From an uncultured Thiomicrospira sp. (lineage in GTDB: Bacteria > Pseudomonadota > Gammaproteobacteria > CAKMZV01), in NCBI GenBank assembly GCA_965195345.1, contig OZ239628.1:1840977-1904976 (forward strand): a stretch of DNA of 64,000 nucleotides. Direction: 5' to 3'. Below are positions 1 to 10,669 of this stretch, one piece after another; positions within the stretch are counted from its first letter, which is position 1, and every line of letters begins with the position of its first letter. The translations under genes were made by a program, and so were the position numbers. Below the pieces are notes generated by a model, which was not told where the DNA came from, did no database searches, and saw nothing but the letters and a program-made list of their open reading frames with translations.

Positions 1-164
1 CACTGCTCTCCTTTATGGTTAGAACGATAAAAAACGTAATCTGCCCATTGCTCATCGCTCAATGATTCGGGATCGATTGGACGCCCAATAAAAGCTTCCC
101 CAGCAGGAGTAAAATCCCCCTCTTCTCTGTGCTCTTTACAGTATGGACAATATATTTCAAACAT
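1..164 (-). CDS. Sarcosine oxidase delta-subunit-like protein (SoxD/MgdB-like); N-terminal part only, continues beyond the window start
   Basis: Reverse-strand translation from the ATG at 164-162 gives MFEIYCPYCKEHREEGDFTPAGEAFIGRPIDPESLSDEQWADYVFYRSNHKGEQ. This matches the SoxD-family N-terminus, including the conserved CPxC. The start lies 12 nt downstream of the soxB-like stop. Confidence 0.6.
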   Translation of the reverse strand, partial: MFEIYCPYCKEHREEGDFTPAGEAFIGRPIDPESLSDEQWADYVFYRSNHKGEQ

Positions 165-176
165 AACTTCCCTCTC

Positions 177-1436
177 CTAATGAGCCACACCTGCGGCACC
201 ATGTTCGTCGATAAGTGCGCCTGTGGTAAAGCGACTGATATGGAATGGTTCAGCTAATGGATGGCATTTATCTTGAGCGATGGTGTGCGCAAATACATTG
301 CCTGAACCTGGAGTTGCCTTAAATCCACCCGTTCCCCAACCACAATTAAAGTAAAGACCACCTACTGGCATTGGGCTTACGATTGGACAGGCGTCTGGAC
401 ATACATCAACGATTCCTCCCCATTGACGATTCATTCTTACTCGTGAAAAAATAGGAAATAGCTCAATAATTGCCGCAGCACAGTGTTCAATAACATGCGA
501 TCCACCGCGTTGCGCATAAGAGTTGTATCCGTCAACACCTGCTCCAATAACCAGATCGCCTTTATCGCTTTGACTGATATATCCATGTACTGCATTTGAC
601 ATGACGACTGTATTTAATACTGGCTTCATTGCTTCGGATACATACGCTTGCAATGGATGACTTTCCACAGGCAAACGCAAGCCTGCCATTTTGGCAATTA
701 CCGATGAGTTACCAGCACTAACAGAACCAATGCGGTCAGCGAGTATTTCACCTTTTGTTGTTTGCACCCCGCGCACTCGCCCATTCTCAATTTCAATGCC
801 CATGACTTCACAATTTTGAATAATATCCACACCAAGACGAGCCGCTGCACGCGCAAATCCCCAAGCAACACCATCGTGCCTAGCCACCCCTGCGCGCGGT
901 TGCCAAGACGCACCTAATATTGGAAAGCGCACATCTTTGCCTATATTGATAATAGGAATGCGATCTTTCACTTCCTGTGCATTGAGAGCCACAGCATCAA
1001 CACCATTGATTAAATTTGCATTGACTCGACGTTCAATATCTCGCATATCTTGTAAGTTGTGCCCGAGGTTAAATACCCCGCGTTGTGAGAACATAACGTT
1101 GAAATTCAAATCCTCACTTAACCCTTCCCAGAGCTTTAATGCATGTTCATAGATGCCAGCTGATTCATCCCATAAATAATTTGAGCGGATAATGGTGGTA
1201 TTACGGCCAGTATTTCCGCCGCCAATGTAACCTTTTTCTAAAACAGCCACATTCGTGATTCCACATTCTTTAGCAAGATAATAAGCGGTTGCTAAACCGT
1301 GTCCTCCGCCACCGATGATAATAACATCGTATTTAGACTTTGGTTTTGACGCAGGAATTGCTCTAGCCCAATCTTGACCATTAAATCCTGCCTTTAATAA
1401 TGATAGCCATGAATAATTTGACATAAAACCGTTCAA
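177..1436 (-). CDS. Heterotetrameric sarcosine oxidase beta-subunit family flavoprotein (SoxB, or N-methylglutamate dehydrogenase MgdA-like)
   Basis: 419 aa. An FAD dinucleotide-binding motif [18 protein letters not shown] sits near the N-terminus. Length and overall sequence are typical of SoxB/DadA-family oxidases. A soxD-like ORF is coupled directly downstream. Confidence 0.85.
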   Translation of the reverse strand: MNGFMSNYSWLSLLKAGFNGQDWARAIPASKPKSKYDVIIIGGGGHGLATAYYLAKECGITNVAVLEKGYIGGGNTGRNTTIIRSNYLWDESAGIYEHALKLWEGLSEDLNFNVMFSQRGVFNLGHNLQDMRDIERRVNANLINGVDAVALNAQEVKDRIPIINIGKDVRFPILGASWQPRAGVARHDGVAWGFARAAARLGVDIIQNCEVMGIEIENGRVRGVQTTKGEILADRIGSVSAGNSSVIAKMAGLRLPVESHPLQAYVSEAMKPVLNTVVMSNAVHGYISQSDKGDLVIGAGVDGYNSYAQRGGSHVIEHCAAAIIELFPIFSRVRMNRQWGGIVDVCPDACPIVSPMPVGGLYFNCGWGTGGFKATPGSGNVFAHTIAQDKCHPLAEPFHISRFTTGALIDEHGAAGVAH

Positions 1437-1839
1437 CTATAGCACCTTGATTTCAAAAGTAAATGCACATCTGTAAAAGTCCGCATTCTACCTTTTAAAT
1501 AGGTACTTACGAACAATATTCTTTACGTAAACTAAACAATATTTTTCTATACAACTGCCCTATTCCATCAAATTATCAAATACCTAACTGAACAATCCTT
1601 TATTTCTGCGTGTTCAGGGCAATATTCAGCGCAATATTTGATTGAATCAAGTCTTTTCAAGTGAGCAAACTCTTCCCACCATCAAATAAAATAAGAGGCA
1701 TACCTTATGCTATAAATGTCTAATAAATACAAGAATAGAACCACCTATAATCATCCCTATTAAAATCCATTCATAAATCCACTCAATGCGGTTCAATCAA
1801 CATCCAGTAACTAAAAACTATTAAAAAAGAGAATTTCAG

Positions 1840-3465
1840 ATGAATCACGAGACCAAAGAACAACATAACCCATTTAGTACTCCATTAGCTAGAGCGTTAG
1901 AAAAAGACGTTTCGCGCTTAAATGGAAAAACGCTGATTGATCTTGAAGATGATGCGCTTTCATTGCGTCTAGAAGTAGGTGATATCTATGCTGATTACAG
2001 CAATCACATAATTGACGATGCAACTTTTAATCGACTGATAGGTTTGTGCAATCAGCAGGGTTTACGCTCTGCTATCGATAATTTATTTGCAGGTGACAAC
2101 GTTAATTTCACTGAAGAACGAGCTGCTTTGCATGGTGCTTTGCGAGGAAGTGCAACGCATGCTGCACTCGAATCTGAAGTGCAAAATACATTAAAACGGT
2201 GTTATCGTTTGAGTAGCGACATCCGCAATAATATTTGGCGAGGCGCTGGAGGAGACGCTATTACCGACATAGTGCACATTGGCATTGGTGGTTCAGAATT
2301 GGGTCCAAAGTTCATTATTGAAGCGCTACAAGATTTTGCTGGAAGAACAAGTGAAGAATCAAAAAATACCCCTTTGCGGATACATTTTGTATCAAACGTT
2401 GATGGTTACGAATTGAATAATGTACTGCAAAAAATTAATCCTCAATCCAGTCTTTTTATTATTGCGTCCAAATCTTTCAACACACAAGAAACACTGTTGA
2501 ATGCTAAAGCTGCCAAAGCGTGGTTGTTATCTGCTTACGAGAATAATAATGCGGTCATTGCCAATCATTTCATTGCCATCAGTGCCAATATTGAAAAAGC
2601 CCACCTTTTTGGCATCCCTGAGGATAATGTTTTCCCGATGTGGGATTGGGTTGGAGGGCGCTATTCAATATGGTCTGCTGTTGGACTTCCAGCAATCATT
2701 GCACTTGGTAAGAATCATTTCGATAGCTTTTTACAAGGCGGGAAGCTCATGGACACGCATTTCCAATGCGCTGATTTTTCTAAAAACCTGCCGATTATTT
2801 TAGCGGTACTGGGTATTTGGTACATCAATTTCAAAGGTTCTCAAACGCACGCATTTATTCCTTATAACCAGCCTCTGAACAAGCTCAGTTTCTATCTACA
2901 GCAATTAGAAATGGAATCCAACGGAAAATCAGTAAATAAATGGAACGAACCGATTGAGTATTCAACTGTTCCTGTTATTTGGGGCGGTACTGGCATTAAC
3001 GGACAGCATGCTTATTACCAAATGTTATATCAAGGAACGAATTTAGTGCCTATTGACTTTATATTGGCGGGGCAAACCTCCTATACAGAAACATTACAAC
3101 ACAGTACTTTGATAGCAAATTACTTGGCGCATTCAGATGTATTGGCGCATGGATTCGATAAAGAAAATAACAATCCTCATAAGCGGGTTCTGGGCAATAG
3201 ACCCTTTACAACCATTTTGCTTAAAAAACTAAATCCCGCCGCATTAGGTCAACTGATTGCCTTGTATGAACATAAGGTTTTTGTACAGAGCATTATATGG
3301 AACATCAATGCTTTTGACCAGTGGGGCGTTGAAGGTGGTAAGAAAGGCGCAAAGCATTGGGAAGAGTTCTTTTCAGAAAACAACTCTGAAAAACCAGCTA
3401 TCAGTGAAAGCGCAAACTTATTGCTTGCACAAATCAGAAAGAATTCTGACCTGGGATCCAACTAG
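1840..3465 (+). CDS. pgi: Glucose-6-phosphate isomerase
   Basis: 541 aa. Full-length PGI-family sequence with a conserved N-terminal region (LIDYSKN-like, HGALRGS) and a typical length. Confidence 0.9.
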   Translation: MNHETKEQHNPFSTPLARALEKDVSRLNGKTLIDLEDDALSLRLEVGDIYADYSNHIIDDATFNRLIGLCNQQGLRSAIDNLFAGDNVNFTEERAALHGALRGSATHAALESEVQNTLKRCYRLSSDIRNNIWRGAGGDAITDIVHIGIGGSELGPKFIIEALQDFAGRTSEESKNTPLRIHFVSNVDGYELNNVLQKINPQSSLFIIASKSFNTQETLLNAKAAKAWLLSAYENNNAVIANHFIAISANIEKAHLFGIPEDNVFPMWDWVGGRYSIWSAVGLPAIIALGKNHFDSFLQGGKLMDTHFQCADFSKNLPIILAVLGIWYINFKGSQTHAFIPYNQPLNKLSFYLQQLEMESNGKSVNKWNEPIEYSTVPVIWGGTGINGQHAYYQMLYQGTNLVPIDFILAGQTSYTETLQHSTLIANYLAHSDVLAHGFDKENNNPHKRVLGNRPFTTILLKKLNPAALGQLIALYEHKVFVQSIIWNINAFDQWGVEGGKKGAKHWEEFFSENNSEKPAISESANLLLAQIRKNSDLGSN

Positions 3466-4756
3466 TACCAGCGAGTGGAATTTTTGCCATTGCTGCCGCC
3501 TCAACAGTAAGCGCTGCCATATCTTCAGGTTCTAAATTGTGAACATCACTTTTCCCACAGGCACGGGCCAATGTTTGCACTTCTAAAGATAAACTGCTCA
3601 AATAGTTCGCAATACGCCTGCCACCCATAACGGGATCCAATGATTTTGCTAATTTCGGATCTTGCGTAGTAATTCCCGCAGGATCATTGCCCGCTTGATA
3701 TTCATAATAATAACCAGCACTGGAACCCAATTTATTATATTCAGCTTCCAAAGCTGGATTGTTATCACCCAAAGCAATCAATGCCGCTGTGCCAATCGAA
3801 ACAGCATCCGCTCCCATGGCAAGTGCCTTGGCAACATCTGCGCCAGATCGAATGCCACCAGAAACAATAAGTTGTACTTTTCGATGCATTCCTAATTCTT
3901 GCAACGCTTCAACCGCTTGACGTACAGCTGGCAATGTCGGAATGCCAACGTGCTCAATGAATACATCCTGCGTTGCAGCTGTACCACCCTGCATACCATC
4001 AACCACCACCACATCAGCACCTGCTTTCACTGCAAGCGCGGTATCGTAATATGTACGAGCAGCACCAACTTTAATATAGATGGGTTTTTCCCAATTAGTG
4101 ATTTCGCGCAATTCGGTAATTTTAATTTCTAAGTCGTCCGGTCCTGTCCAATCAGGATGCCTACAAGCACTCCGTTGATCAATATTTTCAGGTAACTGAC
4201 GCATAGATGCCACACGTTCATTTATTTTTTGCCCAAGCAACATACCTCCACCACCGGGTTTGGCACCTTGTCCAACGACCACTTCAATGGCATCTGCCTT
4301 GCGTAAGTCATCGGGATTCATCCCGTAACGTGAAGGTAGGTACTGATAAACCAACAATGACGAATGCTCTCTCTCTTCAGGAGTCATACCTCCATCGCCT
4401 GTTGTGGTTGAAGTGCCCGCCTCGCTTGCCCCTCTACCCAAAGATTCTTTTGCTTGAGCAGAAAGTGAACCAAAGCTCATTCCAGCTATGGTTATGGGAA
4501 TTTTCAATTCCAGTGGTTTTTTTGCATAACGCGTGCCTAATGTAACACTGGTGTCACAACTCTCACGATATCCCTCCAACGGATAACGAGACATGCTTGC
4601 ACCTAAAAAAATCAAATCGTCAAAATTTGGCAACGTGCGTTTTGCACCACCTCCACGAATTGAATATATCCCTTCATTTGCAGCTCGTTGGATTTCTCGG
4701 ATAACGTCTTTACTGAATGTATGCGATTCGCGCAACCATGATAGATCTTGTGTCAC
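3434..4756 (-). CDS. Glutamate synthase FMN-binding-domain protein (GltB domain 2-like; MgsC-like stand-alone subunit)
   Basis: 440 aa with TIM-barrel FMN-domain motifs (GGTAAT, SGGIRSGADVAKALAMGAD). GTG start at 4756, preceded by AAGAGGAAG 5 nt upstream. 12-nt gap from the upstream GXGXG ORF. Confidence 0.8.
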   Translation of the reverse strand: MTQDLSWLRESHTFSKDVIREIQRAANEGIYSIRGGGAKRTLPNFDDLIFLGASMSRYPLEGYRESCDTSVTLGTRYAKKPLELKIPITIAGMSFGSLSAQAKESLGRGASEAGTSTTTGDGGMTPEEREHSSLLVYQYLPSRYGMNPDDLRKADAIEVVVGQGAKPGGGGMLLGQKINERVASMRQLPENIDQRSACRHPDWTGPDDLEIKITELREITNWEKPIYIKVGAARTYYDTALAVKAGADVVVVDGMQGGTAATQDVFIEHVGIPTLPAVRQAVEALQELGMHRKVQLIVSGGIRSGADVAKALAMGADAVSIGTAALIALGDNNPALEAEYNKLGSSAGYYYEYQAGNDPAGITTQDPKLAKSLDPVMGGRRIANYLSSLSLEVQTLARACGKSDVHNLEPEDMAALTVEAAAMAKIPLAGTSWIPGQNSF

Positions 4757-4768
4757 TGTAACTTCCTC

Positions 4769-5440
4769 TTAATACGCATTATCTGTTTTAAAATGATAAA
4801 GCTTTCTGGCGGAACCATAACGCTTAAAATCACTCGGTTTTTTGTCATCAATACCTGCTGAATTTAGCAAGGATTGTAGCTGTTTAATATGTTCTTCTCG
4901 CATTTCCTTTTCTATGCAATCGGCTCCCAAAGATTTTGGTGTACCTGCCAAATAAATACGTGTTTCATAAATGGAATCACCTAATGCGTTTCCTGCATCA
5001 CCGCAAATAACCAAACATCCTTTTTGAGCCATGAACGCGGACATATGCCCTACTGACCCGCGCACTACAATGTCCACGCCTTTCATGGAAATGCCACAAC
5101 GCGATGAGGCATCACCATCAATCACTACTAATCCTCCATGGGCGGTTGCGCCACAATATTGTGAAGCATTGCCTGTCACATGCACTTTTCCCGACATCAT
5201 ATTCTCTGCAAGTCCGGGTCCTGCATTACCATTAATGCGAATATTGCTATGTTGATTCATACCCGCGCAATAATAACCAACGTGACCGTGTATTGTAAGT
5301 TCAATCTTAGACGTTAATCCCACCGCTATGTTATGCTTTCCTTTGGAATTTTCAATAGATGCTGTTGTTGCCGATGACGCTTTTTGCAATGCCGCGTTAA
5401 CTTCTCGCAATGTTTGTGTATTAAGATCAAACGTAGTCAT
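4769..5440 (-). CDS. Glutamate synthase GXGXG-domain protein (GltB C-terminal domain-like; MgsB-like)
   Basis: ORF track gives 4769..5491. The likely true start is the ATG at 5440, which overlaps the upstream stop as ATGA and follows a GGAGAA RBS. Repeated G-x-G-x-G beta-helix motifs (GNAGPGLAENM, GNASQYCGA, GDAGNALG). Confidence 0.8.
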   Translation of the reverse strand: MTTFDLNTQTLREVNAALQKASSATTASIENSKGKHNIAVGLTSKIELTIHGHVGYYCAGMNQHSNIRINGNAGPGLAENMMSGKVHVTGNASQYCGATAHGGLVVIDGDASSRCGISMKGVDIVVRGSVGHMSAFMAQKGCLVICGDAGNALGDSIYETRIYLAGTPKSLGADCIEKEMREEHIKQLQSLLNSAGIDDKKPSDFKRYGSARKLYHFKTDNAY

Positions 5441-6417
5441 TTCGAATTCTCCATACTCCATGAATAAATGAGTCCAGGTTCTGGCTCCCAAATGGTAGCG
5501 TTTTCATAGCCTGGTAACGTTGAAATAGCCCTAAATTCTGACGACATCGCCACCCAATCATCATTTTCTGCCAGTATCGCTGGTTTACAGCCAATTGGAT
5601 CGCGCATAACAGCAAAGCCATCACGTGTACCAATAGCAAAGGTATAGAAACCATCCAAATCATCTTGAGCGCGCATCATTGCCTCATTCAAACTATCCCC
5701 TTTTTGCAACCGCCAGTTAAAGTACGCTGAGGCTACTTCGCTATCGTTATCTGTGACAATGGGAATATCGTATTCAAGCAACTTACGTCGCCAAATATTG
5801 TGATTTGACAAAGAGCCGTTATGTACCAAACAAATGTCATTACCCGTAGAGAATGGATGAGAATGCGCGGTGGTTACCGCACTTTCTGTCGCCATACGCG
5901 TGTGTCCTAATGCGTGTGTGCCGGTGTTTTGGCGCAATTGAAAGCGTTCAATCACATCGACAGGCAATCCTTTTTCTTTATAAATTTCAATCAAATTTCC
6001 ACTGCTATTGATAATGCATTGAGGGTAGTTATTTTGAAACCAATCTTCAACGATGTCTCTATTGGCTTGCAATGATATCAATGCGTGTGAGTCTTTTATT
6101 TTGAATGAAACATTTGCACCAAATGTCGATAAAAATTCTCGTTCAACATGTGTCCAATCAATAGCCTGATCGCCTCCACTGGCGCTATCAAGCACTGTGC
6201 ACTTTATATAATCGGATGAAACTGGATCATGATACACAGCAAAACCAGCGCTATCGGGTCCTCTTTCAGTCATCTCTAACAGCATATCAGCAAGATAATG
6301 CCCAAGCTTTCCATGCAAAGCCTCATTTTTTAAAAATAAACCAACAATGCCACACATTGCACTCTCCCTAATTAAAATTGCTAGTGAAGTTAATTGAGGG
6401 CACATTGTCAATGCCAA
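5437..6417 (-). CDS. Class II glutamine amidotransferase domain protein (GltB domain 1-like; MgsA-like)
   Basis: 326 aa beginning MCGIVGLF, i.e. an N-terminal nucleophile Cys right after the Met. Purine-amidotransferase-like fold. Translationally coupled to the next ORF. Confidence 0.8.
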   Translation of the reverse strand: MALTMCPQLTSLAILIRESAMCGIVGLFLKNEALHGKLGHYLADMLLEMTERGPDSAGFAVYHDPVSSDYIKCTVLDSASGGDQAIDWTHVEREFLSTFGANVSFKIKDSHALISLQANRDIVEDWFQNNYPQCIINSSGNLIEIYKEKGLPVDVIERFQLRQNTGTHALGHTRMATESAVTTAHSHPFSTGNDICLVHNGSLSNHNIWRRKLLEYDIPIVTDNDSEVASAYFNWRLQKGDSLNEAMMRAQDDLDGFYTFAIGTRDGFAVMRDPIGCKPAILAENDDWVAMSSEFRAISTLPGYENATIWEPEPGLIYSWSMENSK

Positions 6418-6633
6418 TGTGTATCCGTGTCAATACGTATAGAGAAATAAAATATAGGCTATGTTTGCGTACTTTTAAATCTATCGATACCCAGATCGTT
6501 TCATGCTTCTTTATATATGGGCGTGCGCTGGTGTAAAAAAGTAACTTTCTTAACGATTAGGAGTAAAATTCACAACTCTAAATCGTAGTTTTAAATCAAT
6601 GTGCCCATTGTGCATTCTGATACTGGAGGTATC

Positions 6634-8124
6634 GTGGAAAAAGTTAAATTATTATTGGAAGGTCAGTTTGTAGAAAGCAGTTCTAATGAATGGTTCCCTG
6701 TTTTAAATCCAGCAAACCAAGAAATAATTGCCAAGTATCCTAATGCTACCAGCAATGAAGTTAATCGTGCAATTGCTTCTGCAAAGAAAGCATTTATAAA
6801 ATGGCGTGAAAAACCAGCACCAACGCGCGCACGCACGATGCTTGCATACCAACATTTACTCAAGCAAGAGCAAAAAAATATAGCCAAAATTCTATCTCGT
6901 GAAACGGGAAAAACACACGAAGACGCTATGGGTGAAATCTGGCGTGGTATAGAAGTTGTTGAACACGCTGCGAACGTTTGCTCTCTCATGATGGGCGAGA
7001 CGGTTGAAAATGTCGCGAATAGGGTCAATTCTTACAGTTACGTTCAACCACTTGGTGTCTGCGCGGGCATCACCCCTTTTAATTTCCCTGCAATGATTCC
7101 TTTATGGATGTTTCCAATGGCTATTGTTACGGGGAATACCTTTATTCTCAAACCTTCAGAACAAGACCCTCTAACTCCGATGTTCTTGGCAGAGTTGCTT
7201 CTTGAAGCTGGTGTGGATGCTGACGTAATGCAAATAGTCCATGGTGGAAAAGACCAAGTCAATCAAATCCTTGAACATCCTGATGTTAATGCTATTTCCT
7301 TCGTTGGTTCTACAGCGGTTGGCAAACACATCTATACGAGCGGTTGTGCGAATGGCAAACGTGTACAAGCGCTTTGTGGTGCAAAAAATCACTTAGTCGC
7401 CATGCCCGATGCGGATAAAAATCAAGTCATCAATAATTTAGTTGGCGCTTCAGTAGGCGCAGCGGGTCAGCGTTGTATGGCAATAAGTGTTGCCGTTTTT
7501 GTCGGTGACAGCAAAGAATGGATACCTGATTTAGCCAAAGCCATGGCAAAGATAAAGCCAGGATTGAGCGATGACCCTGAAGCAGGATACGGTCCTCTTA
7601 TAAACAAAACAGCTAAGGAACGTGTTCTCAATTTGATCGCTTCAGGCAAAGAACAAGGCGCTGAATGTATGCTCGATGGTTCCAATTTTATCCTTGACAA
7701 ATCACCTGAAGGCAATTGGGTTGGACCCACTCTATTTAACAATGTTTCAACCGATATGCGCATTTATCAAGAAGAAATTTTCGGTCCCGTTCTATGTTGT
7801 ATGCAAGTGGACACCTTAGAAGAAGCTATTGCACTAATCAATAGTAATAGCAATGGTAACGGGACATCAATCTTTACAGCCAGTGGAGCAGCTGCCGCAA
7901 AGTTTGAACACGAAATTCTTGTGGGCAATGTTGGCATCAACATTCCCATTCCTGTCCCATTACCTTTTTTCCATTTTTCGGGTTGGCGTGGTTCTTTTTT
8001 TGGAGACTTACATGCTTATGGCAAGCAGGCTGTACGTTTCTATACCGAAACGAAAACGGTTACTGCACGATGGTTTGATGACAAATCAAGCAGTGCTGTC
8101 AACACTACTATCACTTTGAAATAA
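6634..8124 (+). CDS. mmsA: Methylmalonate-semialdehyde dehydrogenase (CoA-acylating)
   Basis: ALDH superfamily with the catalytic Cys region. The [28 protein letters not shown] motif is characteristic of MMSDH. The ORF track starts at GTG 6601. The in-frame GTG at 6634 is preferred because GGAGG lies at 6625-6629. Confidence 0.85.
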   Translation: MEKVKLLLEGQFVESSSNEWFPVLNPANQEIIAKYPNATSNEVNRAIASAKKAFIKWREKPAPTRARTMLAYQHLLKQEQKNIAKILSRETGKTHEDAMGEIWRGIEVVEHAANVCSLMMGETVENVANRVNSYSYVQPLGVCAGITPFNFPAMIPLWMFPMAIVTGNTFILKPSEQDPLTPMFLAELLLEAGVDADVMQIVHGGKDQVNQILEHPDVNAISFVGSTAVGKHIYTSGCANGKRVQALCGAKNHLVAMPDADKNQVINNLVGASVGAAGQRCMAISVAVFVGDSKEWIPDLAKAMAKIKPGLSDDPEAGYGPLINKTAKERVLNLIASGKEQGAECMLDGSNFILDKSPEGNWVGPTLFNNVSTDMRIYQEEIFGPVLCCMQVDTLEEAIALINSNSNGNGTSIFTASGAAAAKFEHEILVGNVGINIPIPVPLPFFHFSGWRGSFFGDLHAYGKQAVRFYTETKTVTARWFDDKSSSAVNTTITLK

Positions 8125-8200
8125 TCATGGATGATTGATTACTACCAAAGTCTTTTGAGTCCGTTGTGCAAATCACCTTGAATAATCGCAGGAAACAGTA

Positions 8201-9379
8201 ATGGATTTTTCATACACAAACGAACAATTATTAACTCAGAAAACGGCGCGTGATTTTGCCAATACTGAACTGGCGGCCAATGCCAAGCCGTTAGATAATG
8301 ATAAAAACGCGCATATATACAATGAAAATATACAAAAACTCAGCAAATTAGGGTTTATGGGCATGCTGGTTGATGAGGAATATCATGGTTCACAGGCGGG
8401 CACCGTTGCTTATACGCTTGCAATCACTGAAATTGCGCGCCACTGTGCTGCCACGGCTGTGGGTGTATCCATTAACAATCTGATTAGTAGCCTTCTGTTT
8501 ACCTTTGGCACAGAACAGCAAAAAGAAAAATACCTTAAACCATTGTGTCTTGGGGAAAAATTGAACGCTGGTTTTTGCCTTACTGAATCCAGTGCAGGTT
8601 CAAATCCCGCGCAAATGAAAACAAGTGCCCAATTGATCAAAAAAAACAATAAGCAGCAATGGCAATTAAATGGATCAAAGCAATGGATTACTAACGGAAA
8701 TATTTCTGATTTCTACATTGTGTGGGCGCGATCCGATTCAGAAGCTGAAGAAGGAAAAGGGATTACTTGTTTCATCGTCGATAGAGATACCGAGGGTCTT
8801 GAGGTAGGTCCTAATGAAGATAAGATGGGACAGCGTGGCAACCCCACTAATACGATTTTTTTCAACAACTGTTTAATACCGCAGGAAAATATTATTGGTT
8901 CGGTACATGAGGGCTATAAATACGCTATAGGGGGGTTGGTTGGTGGTCGTTTAGGGATAGCGGCACTGGCTCTTGGCGTGGCTAGCGAAGCGCTTGATTT
9001 TTCAACTCGATATATGCTTGAGCGCGAACAAGGCGGGAAAAAAATTGCTTACCATCAGGGTTTGCAATGGATGTTGTCTGATGCATGGACTGATTTAGAA
9101 GCGGGGCGTTTACTATTGCATCAGGCTGCGTGGCTGAAAGATAATGATATGCCTTATACAAAGCAAGCAAGCATGGCGAAGCTATATTGCAGTGACAAAG
9201 GCAACAAAATCTGCTACAACGCCTTGCAACTAACAGGCGGTTACGGATTCACCAAAGATTTTCCTTTAGAAAGATATTGCCGTGATATACGGGTTACGTC
9301 AATCTATGAAGGGACAAGTGAAATTCAAAAGCTGATAATCAGTCGCTGTATACTACAAGAGTTCAATGCAAATCTGTAA
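8201..9379 (+). CDS. Acyl-CoA dehydrogenase (short/branched-chain type, e.g. isobutyryl-CoA dehydrogenase-like)
   Basis: 392 aa. ACAD family with N-terminal helical, middle beta and C-terminal helical domains. The catalytic-base region (...YEGTSEIQ...) is conserved. Confidence 0.85.
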   Translation: MDFSYTNEQLLTQKTARDFANTELAANAKPLDNDKNAHIYNENIQKLSKLGFMGMLVDEEYHGSQAGTVAYTLAITEIARHCAATAVGVSINNLISSLLFTFGTEQQKEKYLKPLCLGEKLNAGFCLTESSAGSNPAQMKTSAQLIKKNNKQQWQLNGSKQWITNGNISDFYIVWARSDSEAEEGKGITCFIVDRDTEGLEVGPNEDKMGQRGNPTNTIFFNNCLIPQENIIGSVHEGYKYAIGGLVGGRLGIAALALGVASEALDFSTRYMLEREQGGKKIAYHQGLQWMLSDAWTDLEAGRLLLHQAAWLKDNDMPYTKQASMAKLYCSDKGNKICYNALQLTGGYGFTKDFPLERYCRDIRVTSIYEGTSEIQKLIISRCILQEFNANL

Positions 9380-9493
9380 ATCTATGAGTAATGATGACAA
9401 AGTAAACATGGATAATATTGTCAACCACTGTGTTGTTAAAAAGCAATCACATGACAATGGCAAATACCTTAAATTCTGAAGAGCTAACATAAA

Positions 9494-10669
9494 ATGAATA
9501 CCGATATATTAGCAGCCAAACGTACTCCAAGTGGCAATTTTCAAGGAGCATTATCGACTCTACAAGCGTATCAGTTAGGATCAATTGCAATAAAAGGAGC
9601 ACTTGAACAATTAGCTATTAACCTCAATGCTATCGATGAAGCTATTATGGGATGTGTCCTACAAGCAGGTCAAGGTCAAGCGCCCACTCGTCAAGCAGCA
9701 TTAGGTGCGCACTTACCCAACGCTCTTCCATGCACAACCGTCAATAAAATGTGTGGTTCTGGAATGCGGGCAATGATGATGATACACGATATGATTATTG
9801 CAGGCAGTATAAAAACTGGTATTGCTGGAGGCATGGAGAGCATGAGCAATGCCCCCTATTTACTACAAAAAGCACGAAGCGGAATGCGCTTGGGTCACGG
9901 TGAAATTATAGACCACATGTTTAAAGATGGACTGGAAGACGCCTTTGAAAACTTATTGATGGGGTGTTATGCTCAACAAACGGCTGATCAATTCAACATT
10001 TCTCGCAAAGAAATGGATGATTTTGCCATTTCCTCGCTAAAAAAAGCCCAACTTGCTCAACAAAATGGATACGATAAGGATGAAATATCTACGGTTAAAA
10101 TAACTTCTTCAAAGGGTGAGAATATCATCCAACATGACGAACAGCCTAACACTGCTAAAATCGATAAGATTCCTACGTTGCGCCCCGTTTTCACAAAGGA
10201 TGGTAGCGTAACCGCTGCAAACTCCAGCTCCATATCCGATGGTGCATCGGCTTTGATTTTGGCGCATCCTGAGTTCACAGCAGAACAAGGCTTAACCCCA
10301 ATCGCTCAAATCATAGCGCATACTTCACACGCCCAACTGCCTGCTGAATTTACCATTGCTCCAATTGGTGCGATTGAAAAACTTTTAGATAAAGTGCATT
10401 GGACGATAAGTGATGTTGACCTGTTTGAAATAAATGAAGCCTTTGCGGTCGTTACGTTGGCAACGGTTCAATCATTGAAGATTCCTATGGAAAAAGTAAA
10501 TATTTCTGGTGGAGCCTGTGCTGTGGGTCATCCGATTGGTTCCAGTGCTTCACGTATCTGTGTCACTTTAATCTATAATCTGAAACGCCTTGGATTGCAA
10601 AAGGGCATTGCTGCCGTATGCATTGGAGGCGGTGAAGCAACAGCCATTGCTATTGAGATTGTCAATTAA
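9494..10669 (+). CDS. Acetyl-CoA C-acyltransferase / thiolase II
   Basis: 391 aa. Thiolase signatures are present: the active-site Cys in NKMCGSGM and C-terminal GHPIGSSASRI and CIGGGEA motifs. Confidence 0.85.
   Translation: MNTDILAAKRTPSGNFQGALSTLQAYQLGSIAIKGALEQLAINLNAIDEAIMGCVLQAGQGQAPTRQAALGAHLPNALPCTTVNKMCGSGMRAMMMIHDMIIAGSIKTGIAGGMESMSNAPYLLQKARSGMRLGHGEIIDHMFKDGLEDAFENLLMGCYAQQTADQFNISRKEMDDFAISSLKKAQLAQQNGYDKDEISTVKITSSKGENIIQHDEQPNTAKIDKIPTLRPVFTKDGSVTAANSSSISDGASALILAHPEFTAEQGLTPIAQIIAHTSHAQLPAEFTIAPIGAIEKLLDKVHWTISDVDLFEINEAFAVVTLATVQSLKIPMEKVNISGGACAVGHPIGSSASRICVTLIYNLKRLGLQKGIAAVCIGGGEATAIAIEIVN

Noticed and set aside
2501-2803. 100-aa ORF in an alternative frame inside pgi
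   Set aside because: Same-strand out-of-frame overlap with a conserved enzyme. No motif or RBS.
6601-6633. Upstream GTG at 6601 as the mmsA start
   Set aside because: The in-frame GTG at 6634 is preceded by GGAGG at an acceptable spacing. The 11 extra residues ([11 protein letters not shown]) are not typical of MmsA N-termini. Kept as a lower-probability alternative.
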